This document shows positions 1-11,610 of a stretch of DNA of 64,000 nucleotides, piece after piece. The stretch comes from Camelus ferus (Eukaryota). A program made the position numbers and the translations under genes. The stretch is taken from the NCBI RefSeq assembly GCF_009834535.1, contig NC_045696.1, forward strand, positions 60,266,001 to 60,330,000, written 5' to 3'. The first letter of the stretch is position 1, and the number at the start of each line of letters is the position of its first letter. The notes beneath the pieces were generated by a model, which did not search any database, was not told the origin of the DNA, and saw only the letters and a list, made by a program, of their open reading frames with translations.

Positions 1-1679
1 TTATTTGTAAGACTCAGGGCTCATTACCAGCAGGAGTGAGCACCTCCCCAAACACAAAAACACTAGTGCCGAGCCTGGCTGGCCATCTGGCAGGGGTGTT
101 GAGAGGGCAGACAGCCACGTGGGAGGCTGTGTGGACCAGAGGGCTTCTGGAGCCCTTGCAGTGTTGAGACTTCGCTGCCTTGGGAAGTATCTGATTGTAC
201 CTTGTGGTGCATGGTAGCCAATCAAAAAGGGCCCATAGGAAATCCTTGGAGGTTATTAGGAAACTCGGGACTCACCAAAATCATTTCATGCTGGCCTTCT
301 TGTTCATTGTTTCCGTTTCCCTCTAAGTGACATTGTTTGCGCCACCATCAGAAAAGACGCACAGGTCATGCCTGAATCCTGGGCCGTGTTAGTAGCTTCT
401 AGAAACTTCTAGAAGTTTTCAACATATAACCGAGTTCCTCTCTTGTAGCCTCACCTTCCTGACATCCCACCTGAGATCCAGCCTTAGATGAGCTGAAGCG
501 CAGGCACTCCTTGGGTGGTCTTTGTAGGGGCACCAAAGGAGAACCTCTTAGGTAAAGGAAGTTTTTCCACGACCCTGGCTCCTGCCTACCTGTTCTCTGG
601 GACTCTCACAAGCCTTCCTCTAGAGCCTCACGCACCTGAAGTCTCCATCGCTCTCACCTCCCAAAATGAATCTTTGCAACCGGGAATGTTGCAAAGCCAA
701 GATGAGCAGAGTTACCTGTCACACCTGCCAGGAAGTGTGTGTCACTTACGGTCGGGGTGGGGATCACTGACCAGCAAGGGAGATCAGCTCCAGTTCTTAC
801 CTGCAGAGTCCCTTAAGCCCGCTGCCGCCACTGTCCCTCTCCCTGTAACACCTAGCTCTCTGTGATGTGTCGAGGAGTCTCAGCCACAAGAGAAGGAAGG
901 AGACTCCTGTGCCAGCCTCATCCAGCCAGGGCCCCAAACCAGAATCCCTCCCACCTATCCCCCTAACAAGATCAGGCCCTGCAGCTAAGAAAGCCTGACT
1001 ACCAGCCAGAGAAGGCTGCCTTCAGTGCCTGGCTGTCTCCTCTGAGATGGTCTCAATCCTCTGCGCTCCACCTTCCATTCAGAAGACTCAAATTTCTGCA
1101 GTGTTCCTTGGTTACTTTCCTAGTGTGAGAAAGCCATGAAATGTTCTCTTTTATGTCCTTGATTCCTTCCCATGGAACTTAAAACCGTGTATGCTGTAAG
1201 TCACCCAGAGTTGGGGGTCACTGCAGGTGTGTCTCCTGTAGATCTTTGGAAGCTCCTTTCCCCTACAGTTCCTCAATTCCTCAATGTGCCAGTGATGGAG
1301 AAGTTCACAAGGATGAGGCACTTGCTGTGATGAGAGTACTACTGAATACAGAGTTGAGTTTTCCTGGAGGATCTGATTTTTTTTAAAACGTTTTTCTTAT
1401 TTAATTAGAGGAAGCATCCTCAGCGCAATGAAGCAAGCTAATTCCTAAATCAGAAAGTCTGTGTGAAATGAGAGACTTAAATGAGGTGTCCACTAGGAAG
1501 ATGAAACCTTGTGAGCCTTCACCTAAACTCCAGAACAAAACCTAGTGTTGCAAGCGACCAGGCTTCTCCAGATAACCGGACAAACTATGCCTTGAGTCAC
1601 TCACAGGAAGGCAGTGTCTAAACACCACGACATTGCTGACTTTGTTCAAAGCATTTTCCACTTATTTTTACTTTCATTT

Positions 1680-1815
1680 TGTCACATCATCACTAAAAGG
1701 CTGGGAAGAGCGGGGATTATTACTTCCATTTCACAGATGGAGAGACTGAAATCAAAAGAGGTGACATCCTCAAGGTCACAATTGTATTACGGCTGGAATT
1801 CCACTCTGTCCTTAG
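1680..1815 (-). mobile_element. MIR SINE fragment
   Basis: attattacttccatttcacagatggagagactgaaatcaaaagaggtgacatcctcaaggtcaca resembles the MIR core. Confidence 0.7.
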
Positions 1816-2601
1816 CACTTCTTCCAGACCTAAAGAAGGAACTGGATAAAAAGGTCTGGAGGAGAGAGAGCAGGTCCCTTCTGAGAGGACAGGCGGAGGC
1901 TGCGTGTGGAGCAGCAGCTCCTCGGGAAAGGAAAGGGGAGGAGAGGCTCCGGCACAGTCCTGTGTCAGCGTCTGCCTTGCAGGGCTTCATCTTGGAACCC
2001 TGACCCATTCCCCGTACCCCCAGTCCTTCTGCTTTAGAGTGAGCCGGTAGAGTGTTCGGTTTCCAACTACATCTTTTGTCCTTTACAAATATCCTCAGGG
2101 CTAGAACCCTTAAAAAATCAGTTATTTATATTTGAAAGTCAGGCTCTGTACCAGGAGAGGCCATTTCTGTATCTATAGGAAAAAGAATGGAATTAGGGAA
2201 TGAACTGGCCGGATGTTATCACCTCCGAGGTGGGAGAGACGCTTTAGAAGGTTTAGGGGTATTTTTCTTTTCTTTCTTTCTTTTTTTTTAAAGGCAGGTG
2301 TGTGTGCGGTGGAGGGGGGTCCCGGGGTACACCCTGGGAGAGAAGTTTTCTTCCAAGAGGTGGTGGGGAGAACAGGATGGTCACACCCCCCAGCAGCGAA
2401 AGCGTCTAAGGAGCACTCTCCGGGCTCGCTGCCCTGCCCCCCGCCGCCGGCCCACCCGCAAGGGCCCACTGCGCCCGAGGAAGCGGAGCCCCCACCCGGG
2501 TCGAGTGGCGCAGAGGGGCCTAGGGCGGGGGACGCGGCCCCGGTTGCGCCCACGCCCCCAGCCCGGGGCTCGCCCGGCGCCCGTCCCCGGCTCTCACTCA
2601 C

Positions 2602-2788
2602 CCGCGCTCCCGCCTCGGGGGGCCCGGCCCGAGGGTCCCGGCCGCGTCGGGTCTGCCGGGGGCGCCCCTCTCGGCGCGCGACGGGCCGGGGAGGGCGGCT
2701 GGCCCCGCGTCCCGGGGGCGGCCGGCGGCGGCAGCAGCAGCAGCGGCAGCAGCAGCAGCAGGAGCGGCGGCGGCGGCGGCGAGGCCAT
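2602..2788 (-). CDS. HEG1: HEG1 (heart of glass homolog 1) coding exon 1: signal peptide and N-terminus; remaining exons lie beyond the left edge
   Basis: Translates MASPPPPPLLLLLLPLLLLPPPAAPGTRGQPPSPARRA...GPSGRAPRGGSA, matching the recalled HEG1 N-terminus. Perfect Kozak GCCGCCACCATGG, phase-1 donor G|GTGAGT at 2602/2601, inside a CpG island, and next to SLC12A8 as in human. Confidence 0.93.
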
Positions 2789-3182
2789 GGTGGCGGCGTC
2801 AGCCCGGGGCTCACATGCCCGGCGCGCGGGGCGGGCGCGGGGCGGCCGCGGGTGCGAGGGAAGCGGGCGGCGGGTGCCGCGCGGGGCCGGGGAAGTCAGC
2901 GAAGTGAGGCTGCGAGCGCAGTCCCCGCCTCAAAAGTTGTGGGGAGCCACGGGAGGGAGGCCGGGGGCCGGGCAGGCGCGGCGGAGGCGGCCCCGGCGCC
3001 GCTACATGCTGATTAGCCCGGGCGGGTCGCGGGGCGGGCGGCTCCTCCTCGGGTTGACATCACCGGCCGAGCGCGGCCCGGCCGGCCCGGGGCGGGGAGA
3101 GGGCAGGAAGGGGGCGGGGGCCGGGTCCGCGAGCGGCCGGCCGGGGACCGCGGGGGGAGGTCCTCGGAGCCGGCAACCCTGG

Positions 3183-3238
3183 ACACACACACACAGACGC
3201 ACACACAGACACACACGCACGCACGCACATACACACGC
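3183..3238. repeat. Imperfect (CA)n/(CACG)n alternating purine-pyrimidine tract at the upstream edge of the HEG1 promoter
   Basis: acacacacacacagacgcacacacagacacacacgcacgcacgcacatacacacgc read directly. Confidence 0.9.
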
Positions 3239-5584
3239 TCCCCTCATCCCCAATTAGTATTGCCTTGCCATTTGCAGAACACTTAGAAAACCCGAGTCTT
3301 CCGAATTGGGAACCAGAATTTCCCAACTCCTTAAATTCTCAATCGGTGAAAAGCAGGTACTGGGTAATGTATTTAGCACTAACTGGATTATACAAAGTGT
3401 TTCGATATGCAAAAGCAGTGGAACCTGTGCCCCTGCTCTCCATCCTTACTAATCTGACATGCCACCCTCCACTTCCACCACTCCTCCAGGCCCCAGTACT
3501 AGGGCTGAGTCGGCTGTGGCCAAGCCTGACACCTCACCCTGCAACCAACGCGGGAGTCCCCCCCTCCCACCACCACGCACCCTCTCAAGCCTAGATTCCA
3601 TCACCATCCCACCACTGCCTTTGGCTCACACCAGAGTTCTGCAGAAATGTCACCACCAGGACACCCAAACAGGTTGCAGAGAAAACTGAATTCAGGCAGA
3701 GCTAGGGTGAACTCATATCCAGAAAAGGGCTGCAGATCGCAAATTAAACAGAAGGATGTACAGTGATCTCTGAATTTTAAATGGAAAACTTCAGAGGACA
3801 GAGTCAAAGATTTAGTGTAAACAGATTTTCCTGGTAAATAAAATTCCATTTGTTTCCATACTCACTCCCTTCCCAGTAAATAAAGGCTAAAATGTCTAAA
3901 ATCTTAAGGCTGTAAGCCTCTCCATTTCTAGGTGAAGGAAGATGGCCTCATAATGGGAGAATAACTTGCTCAAGATTCTGAAGCCAAATCCAAAGATTAA
4001 GGGATTTATTTCTGAATGACCATGTGGCATCATTAATTCTGGCACCACAATTCCAAATGTGCAATAATCCAATCAATGTCTCAACTGAAATGAATACTAC
4101 AACTCCTTGGGGATCTTGTCAGTTCCACTGGGAACCCTGTATGACCACCAGATGATCAGGAAGCTATGAGTGTGGACTTCTCTTTCAGACCTGTCTCCAC
4201 CCCATTTCTCTGCTCCTCTCTGTTGCTGTCTCTGAGTCCCATGACCTCCCACTTCAGGGGAATGAGCAGACCATGGTGTCCAGGGCAGCTGCATATAGAC
4301 CTAGGCCCACTCTTCGGTGATTCAGTCCAAGTGAGTCACTTGGCAGAAAGCATAAAGGATGATCTGTATGTACGAGCTCACCTTAAATTGGGGAGTGAGG
4401 AATAATGATTTGGTTTTGTTTGGTTTTGTTTTTAAAGAGCCACAAAACAAACCCAACTTTCCAGGGCTCTCATATGGCATTTTCAGGTCTTTTCAAGAAA
4501 GTACCATACAATGACACCCCTGTAAGTAACCTGGTTTGCTCTCATGGCCCCAGTTCAGCTTCTCAGGATCCTGCTTTCTTACTAACAGCTTCCCAGAGGC
4601 AGCCAGACAAACCCCAACAAGCCAAGACACTGTGCTCAGAGGTTCTGGTTGCTGCTGCTTCCTCCCTTCCTCAGAAAACATTTCCCATAGCCTGGGTTGC
4701 CCACCCAGACAACCAGTAACGTTTGAGGATTTAATGGCCCTTACAGGCTTCTGGTGTGGATTCACGGATGTCTTCACTACCAAGGTCCAAGGAGCAAACA
4801 TGCACCTGTCACAAGCCCTCCCCTTTAGGCACCACAGAGTCACCTCTCTAATCCCTCTATCTTTTAAGGCAAGGACCTATTTCAGGTCAGCCAGGTAGGG
4901 CTTAACCTGTGGGTGAGGGTGTGGGGTAGGGGAAAACACAAGAGAACCTGCAAAGATTGATCACAGTAAAGATGGACCCCAGTACATTTTCATCTCCTCC
5001 TAGACAGAAAAAGAGAAAACAGCAAGAGATCGTTGGGGACAAACAGAGCCTTGGAGAGAGTAGTCCAGTTGGTCTTAGGGCCCTTGCTTGCTTCTTGTCC
5101 TGGTTTTACTACTGCTTGTGTGGTCTGAGCTTCAGTTTCCTCATCTGTAAAACAAAGATTGTCCTACATGATTGCTAAGGAATCCTCCAGCTCTGCTATC
5201 TTAGGGTTCAGTAAAGAATCTTCCGACACAGTAGTCAGGAAGTATAAAACTGGTGTCTAAGGAATTCGGAGTGTTTCCTTCCCAGGGACATAAAAATCCA
5301 GACAAGATTTTTGGTCATCTGAGACGGCTTAGAAGAGGCCCTGTTTGGAGCCAAGGGGATAAATCAGATGACATCGCAGATCCATTCCAGCCCTGGGAGT
5401 CTGTCGGTCTAGATGAAACAGGTAGGAAGCCAGCTCAGACCAAATTCCTGGCCTGAGTAAGTGAGGAATCAGGCATTCCTAACCTCTCCAAAGTGGCTGA
5501 CGGTGAAATCAGCAGTGAGCCCAGGGGCTCCACCACCCAACACCATATATCCTCAGAGCTTTTGCAGGGAATTTCCTGTCTCTG

Positions 5585-6040
5585 TTTGTCTGAGTTAGAT
5601 GAGGGTTAGGCTAGGCTGCAGTAACAAACAGGCTCCCCAAATGCAGCAGATGCACGTGGTAGATACTTCATCCTCCTGGTTCACTTAACAGCCTCAGGCA
5701 CTGATGTTCAGGTCAGGGGGTGGCTCTCCTTCACACAGTCTTTCAGGGATCCACCCTACAGCAGCTCTGCCTCTCTCTGCTGTCTGGCTTCCAGAGTTGC
5801 CATTGGAACTGACATCCCAATCAGCCAGAGGGGAAAAGGAACAAGGAGATGTGCAGATGGGAGGTTTTGATGGGCCAGGCCTGAAGGCGGTATGCTTCAC
5901 TCCCTCTTATATCCCACTGAAAAAGAACACGGTCACGTGGCTCACCAAACCACAAAGGAGTCTGGGAAATAGTGTCTAGCCATATAGGCTACCAGGGGAG
6001 AAGGGATTTGGGTAGAGAGCCAGCAGTCTCTGCGCAACCA
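5585..6040 (-). mobile_element. MaLR LTR (MLT1J/K-like)
   Basis: ttaggctaggctgcagtaacaaac and ggtcacgtggctcaccaaaccacaaaggagtctgggaaat are typical MLT1 segments. Confidence 0.65.
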
Positions 6041-6914
6041 CTCAATATTAGAAGGACAGGGAAAGGAAGGGGAGGGGGATGGGAGATTTATCTTTCTGGC
6101 CTCAGTTTCCTCCTTCATAAAACATGGGTGTTGAATCAGATTATCTCTCAGGGCCCATCTGTTTTGAGATTCTGCGGTTCCAAGAGGTGATGAAATGTCC
6201 TTCTGCACCAAAGTAAACAAGCCTGCAGGCTCCTGCTGCAGCACGTCCTCGGCCCGGGCGTCCTCCCCTGCCGACTGGGCGGACGGGTGGACCCTGACGA
6301 GAGGGCCTTGGGTTCTCTCCAGGTTCTGTTCCTGAGCTGTTCTCACTCCTTGGCCAAGTCAGGTCATCTCAATTGACCTCAGTCCCTGCAACTGTACAGT
6401 GGGGACAAAGATCATTACCATCTGCTGCCTCCCGGGGTTGTTCTGAGGCTATGATGAATCACTGTCCAGAAGGCATCAGGAGCTCGTCGGACTAAATTGC
6501 TGCACATGACGCTCAGATTGCAACCAGAGCCTTTAATAAAGCTGTATTCTGAACAGGCCCGAAGTGTGCCCGTTCCTGAGGACAGTGTCCCTGTAGGGTT
6601 TGTGGCAGTGGACACAGCTGTTGACTACATATCAGTAACACCACAGGACTAGGGTCTCCAAGGGCTGAGGAACCAGTCGATAGACACCTGGACTGGGCTT
6701 CATTTGGGGGCGGCACACTGGGCCCAGGCGTCCCTGTCTCCCCTGGCCTGTTACTCTGCTATGTGCTCATCACATTTTCACATCCCAGGTCTGTTTACTC
6801 ACCCTCTCCTCTGCTTGTCCCTTCCCACCTCTGGTCTATGAGCTGCTTTCTGGGAAGTTCTGTGCCTTATTCATCTTTGTATCCCCGGAACCCAACATAG
6901 TGCCTTCTTTCTTT

Positions 6915-8630
6915 TATTTAGTCATTCAACAAATATTTACTAAGTGACTACTCTGTGCCTGGCACTGTGCTGGATGTTGAGTGAGTCTGAGATCTCACAG
7001 AGCTTAAAGGCTTGGAGGAGACAGATGGTAATCAAAAGAACGTAAATGTAAACTTGTCACTGTGAAAAGTGCCCTGAAGGAGAGAGAGAGTTGGGTTTCA
7101 CTGTAAACATGAGATTGAGCCACTATCTGAAAGCTGTGTAAGCCATTAATATGTAGGCTGGTAATCAGGCAAAGGAGAGTGGGGAGTGCATGTGCAAAGG
7201 CCCTGAGGCAGGAGGGATTGAGATAAATGGAAAGGACCAAAGAAAGCCAAAGTGGCTGGAGCACAGAGAGCGAGAAAGAGTGAAGGGAGGCTGGAGACTT
7301 TGAGAGCAAGCAGATCTGGCAGACCCTAACAGCACATTTAACAGATTTTTGCTTTATCTCAAGAATTTAGAAAAATCATTAAAGGCTTTAAGTTAGGGAG
7401 GTGGCATGAGGTGGGAGTGGAAGAGAGAAAGGGGTATGGTATGACACAATCTGCAATTAGAAGTATCATTTTGGCTATGATAAGGGAGTGATTTAAAAAG
7501 AAATAAGAGCTGATGCCTCAACTCTTAAAGTCCGTGTGAGAAATAATTCTTGGACAAGGGTGATAGAACTGAATTCAGAGAATAATACGGATTTGGGATT
7601 TCAGGAGGTAAAACCCACAAGATACATGGATGGATAGGGAGGGTGAGGGAAAAAGGTCAAAGATTTCCTGAATTTCTGGCTCTCATGATTGGATGGATGG
7701 TGGTACCATTCGCAAGGAAAGGGAACAATGGATGAGAACTAGATCTTTGAGGTGAAGATCATTAACTTTGTCTCAGACTTGGGACGTCTTTGAGACGTCC
7801 AAGTGGCCATGTCAAGTGTGCATTCAGATCTGCAGACTTGGAGCTGAGAGGAGAGGTCTAAGTTCGAGCTCTAGATCTGCTTAACAGGGAAAGAGGTCAT
7901 CTAGGGCATAGAATATTGTAGGAAGTGAAGAAAGCCTAAAAATGAGCCCAGAGGACACACCATGAAATGACTGGGGAGAGGGATTCTGCCAGAAGGAGAC
8001 TGGGAAGGAGCTGTCGAGATGTGGGAGGAAATCCAGGAGAAAGTTATGTCACTGGAGCAAACGGAAGAAGATCGTGGTTAACAGAGAAAGGTCAAGTAAG
8101 GTGAAGACCAGAAATACCCATTGGTTTCAGCAACATGGAAGCCACCAGAGACCATAACAAGAAAGGTTTCAGTGGAGGAGAAGGGACAATGGAGTGAATT
8201 GGGAGGAATGGGAAGTGACAAAACCAAGCTAGTCAACATAACTTCAAGAGACTTTGGCTTTGAAGGGGAAGAGTGAGTTGGGACAGTAACTACAGGCGAA
8301 TGTAGGAAGAAGGGCATTTGTCTTGTTTTTAGTGGGAGAATTTGAACATAGAAAGGGTCTACTCGGGAGAGGGAAAAATCAAAGTTCTAAGAAAGAGAAA
8401 AGATGACTGACAGGATGGGGCTTCTGAGAAGCAGGAGGGATGAAATCCATAGCACAGGTGGTGGGACCGGCCTTGGGAGGAGGGGAAGTGGAGAGGGCGG
8501 CACAGCGAAGGGGCCTGGATTTCTGCCTAAGGACTTTTTTTTTTTTTTTTTTTTTGGTAAAATAGCAATCACAAGGCTATTTGTTAAGAGTGAAGGGTCT
8601 AAAGGGTGGAGCCTCAGGATTTGAAGTTTT
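6915..8630 (-). mobile_element. L2 LINE, 3' portion
   Basis: cattcaacaaatatttactaagtgactactctgtgcctggcactgtgct is the L2 3' end read in reverse, followed by a long purine-rich L2 body. Confidence 0.75.
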
Positions 8631-8642
8631 CAGGAACATAAA

Positions 8643-9150
8643 TATATTAGTTTCCCAGGCCTACTGTAATCAAAGTACCTACAAACTTGGTGGCTTAAAA
8701 ACAACAGAAGATTATCCTTGTACAGATCTGGAGGCTGGAAGTCCAAAACCAAGGTGTCAGCAGGGCCCTCGTTCCTCTGAAGATTCTAGGAGAGAATTCT
8801 CCCTTACCTCTTCCTGATTTCTGGGGGCTGCCAGCCCTCCTTGGTGCTCCTTGGCTTGTGGACACATCCTTCCAGTTCTCTGCCTCCATCACCAAGTGGC
8901 CTTCTTCCTTCTGTGTGTGTCTGTGTCTTCACCTGGCCTTCTTCTAAGGACACCAGTCATTGGATTCAGAGCCCAGCCTCATTATTCAGAGCCCAGCCTC
9001 ATTAGGTCTGATCTCATTTTAACTTGGCTGCATCTGCAAAGATTTTTTTTTTTTTTTTGCAAAGATCTTTTCAAATAAAGTCACATTCATGGAGACAAAA
9101 AGTTAAGGTTTGAACCTATCTTTCTGGGGACACAATTCTACCCGCCAGAA
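8643..9150 (-). mobile_element. MaLR LTR (MLT1B/C-like)
   Basis: aaacttggtggcttaaaaacaacag...ctggaggctggaagtccaaaaccaaggtgtcagcagggcc...aaataaagtcacattc...ggggacacaattc. Confidence 0.8.
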
Positions 9151-10989
9151 TGAAGACGTTTAGAAAGAGCTGTAGAGGGTGAGACCAATGTGCTAGCATG
9201 CCTGCCTTGTCCAGAGCTCCCAGAGATTCGAGGACAGCGTCCAGAAGCTCCAGCTCTTTCCTGCGTGTTCCTCTCTGCTGACGGACACCCAGCATCCTTG
9301 GCCTGAGCCAGGGCACATCAGCCCTCTCCCATTTTAGGGCGGGTTTCCTCCCACCAGGAACAAAGATTTCTGCCCTCTCCTGACCCCTCCTCCTTTCCCG
9401 TCTCAGTCTCCTGTCTGCATCCCCCTCAGTCCTTTTCCCTGAGCAGTGATACATCAAGAACCCCTGCAGACGGAAGCGGCCGAGGCAGGCCTGACAGCAT
9501 CAGGGTTGTAACAGAAGAGAGAGGATGCAGACCCTCTAGGGAACACTTGCTACACCTGCACTGTTTTGTTCCGAGTTCCAGGGAGCAGAGTACCTTGGGA
9601 TTCTGACAACAGCACTGAAGGAATCAGCCCATCTCCCTATTTTTGACCTCCTGGGAGAAGCCTTCTGTCCCTTTCTGGTATGTCAGGAATGGTTTTGTTT
9701 TGTCCAGCCCTAGCTGGGCTGCCTGCTGGGCCAAGCCTAGGGAGCCCTTGCTGCTCCTCTGCCCGCTGGTGCAGGGCTCCAGAGGCATTTGCCTTGGAGG
9801 GCCAAGGTGAGAATGCAAACATGCAAGGCAAGCCCGCTGCAGTCGGGCTGGGACCTCCTCTGGGAAGGAAGGCTTGCTCACAGCTTGGCCAGGCTCCCAA
9901 GCATCATGTACAGCAACCCTGAGTTTCAACTCAGACAGCTTGGGGTGGGTCCTCGAATGACCTTCCGCTTCTTGTCTGCCCATCGGAGAGGACTGTTCCT
10001 TTCCAAACAACATTCCTCCGATAAAATCGGTTACACACTGTAAACGTCAGGAGCCAGGAACATTCTCCAGTGCAACAGGATTCTGATAAAGTGGGCTGAT
10101 TTTGCAAAATCTTCCAGCGTGAAAAATCCTCCCCAGAACAGGCAGGGAAATTCCTGGGATGCCAGGACACCAGGCAGAGTGGCCAGGGCCCTGAGGAAGG
10201 AGCAGAACCCCCAAAGTGACGTTCCCACTACAGTCAGAGGGGCCTAGGTTTGCAGGCATCATTTCATTCAATCCATCAGTCAACACGTATTTCATGAGGA
10301 CTTTCCAAGTGCGGGGGCCCTGACCCAGAGTCACTGGGAAAGCCACGCCTTCCTGCAACTGCTAAGCTCCTCTGCCTTTCAAAAAGCCCTCACTCGCCTC
10401 ACACAGCCTAGGGGAGCCATCAGGGGCAAGTCCATGGCTTCACCTCCATGTGGACTCTCCCCCACTCCCCGTAGCCGCCCTCTCTGCCTCACCCTGTGAG
10501 GCTGGGGGTCGCCATCTTCTTCTGTACCCCGGTGGGACCCCCATTCTTCTGGTTTTGATGATGTCACTTTCTGCTCACAGGTGTCTCCTCCGTGGGCTGT
10601 TTCTGGGCATCACAGTCTCCACTTCTCTTCACATTTCACTTTGCATCACTGCGTGCCTCCCGGCTCGCCCATTTCTGTGACTCCATCAGACTCTCTTTTC
10701 CTACCTTTCCTCCAATCAACTCATCCCCTTTTCTTCTTCTTCTCTTTTCTGTTTCTTCTCTCTAACAAACTGTTACACAGAACTAAATACATTTTTTAAA
10801 TATTTGTGGAATAAATCTCTATATTCTCTGGGTTTTATTTTTAAAACTTGTGGAAGAATGTGTGTCCTTCTCTGTGGTGTCTGCATCTCTTACAAGAGCA
10901 TGAGCAACTATTTACAACTTTCCATTAAAACACGATGCACACAGACTAACGTGCACGTGTGGTGGCGGTAGGCACGATGCATTTCACTG

Positions 10990-11335
10990 CCAGGGTCTGG
11001 GTGGAGCCAACACTCACAGAAAGATGGCATGTTCCCATCCACTCATCTCCCCAACACAGCCACCACTATCCTGACCTCTTTCAGCATAGATTAGTACTTT
11101 TTTGATAAAATACAAAAGACTGGCTTTTGTATTTTCTATCAGCAGAGTGTTGCGAGATGTACCCTTTTGTGTCTGGCTTCTGTTGCTCAGAGTCCCTCGT
11201 GATCCCACCATTCGTTTTTCCCTCTATTGTTAATGGCATTTGAGTAGTTTCCATGTGCAGCTATTACAAATCATGCTGCTATTAACATTCATCTATGTGT
11301 CTTTTGATGGCATGTATTACTTTTATAATTAGGGG
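10990..11335 (-). mobile_element. Old L1 3' fragment (L1ME-like)
   Basis: tttgtgtctggcttctgttgctcag...catttgagtagtttcc...gctattacaaatcatgctgctattaacattc. Confidence 0.6.
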
Positions 11336-11399
11336 GAAAAAAAGGGAACTGTTTCCATTTAAAAAGATGGAGGTGACCAAGTGGGATGTTTTATAAAAG

Positions 11400-11610
11400 G
11401 GCTCTGGAGTAAGAAGCAGAACACAGGGGTCCTTGTTCTGGCACCTCTATTCTCTGTTTCTACAACTTTGAGCCATTCAGGTAACCTCAGTGAGTCTCAG
11501 TTTCCTCATCAGCAAAAGACGGACTGTAAAATCTACTACCATCAGTAGGCATGAATACTTCACAGGGTAACTGTGATCAAGTAAGATGATGGAGATGAGG
11601 GAAAAGTGTC
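11400..11610 (+). mobile_element. MIR SINE
   Basis: gctctggagtaagaag...aacctcagtgagtctcagtttcctcatcagcaaaag. Confidence 0.65.

Larger units (their letters stand above)
2400..3240 (-). promoter_or_regulatory. HEG1: HEG1 CpG-island promoter
   Basis: Very GC- and CpG-dense. GC boxes (GGGGCGGG) near 2828, 3089 and 3111. Minus-strand Inr-like TCACTTC with the A at 2905 and a short AT-rich patch about 30 nt upstream (inferred TSS). Confidence 0.88.

Noticed and set aside
3002..3007. Second minus-strand start-stop (ATGTAG) upstream of HEG1
   Set aside because: Lies about 100 nt upstream of the inferred TSS, so it is probably not in the mRNA; relevant only if a longer leader exists.
2173..3257. Long ORFs across the CpG island (213, 267 and 319 aa)
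   Set aside because: Low-complexity Arg/Gly/Pro shadows of stop-poor GC-rich DNA. The 213-aa and 319-aa ORFs start at GTG. Only 2788-2602 matches a known protein and has a Kozak context and donor.
6892..6973. Tail-to-tail L2 ends as a possible miR-28/151-like hairpin
   Set aside because: Only a 13-bp imperfect stem around a 56-nt spacer, far from pre-miRNA geometry.
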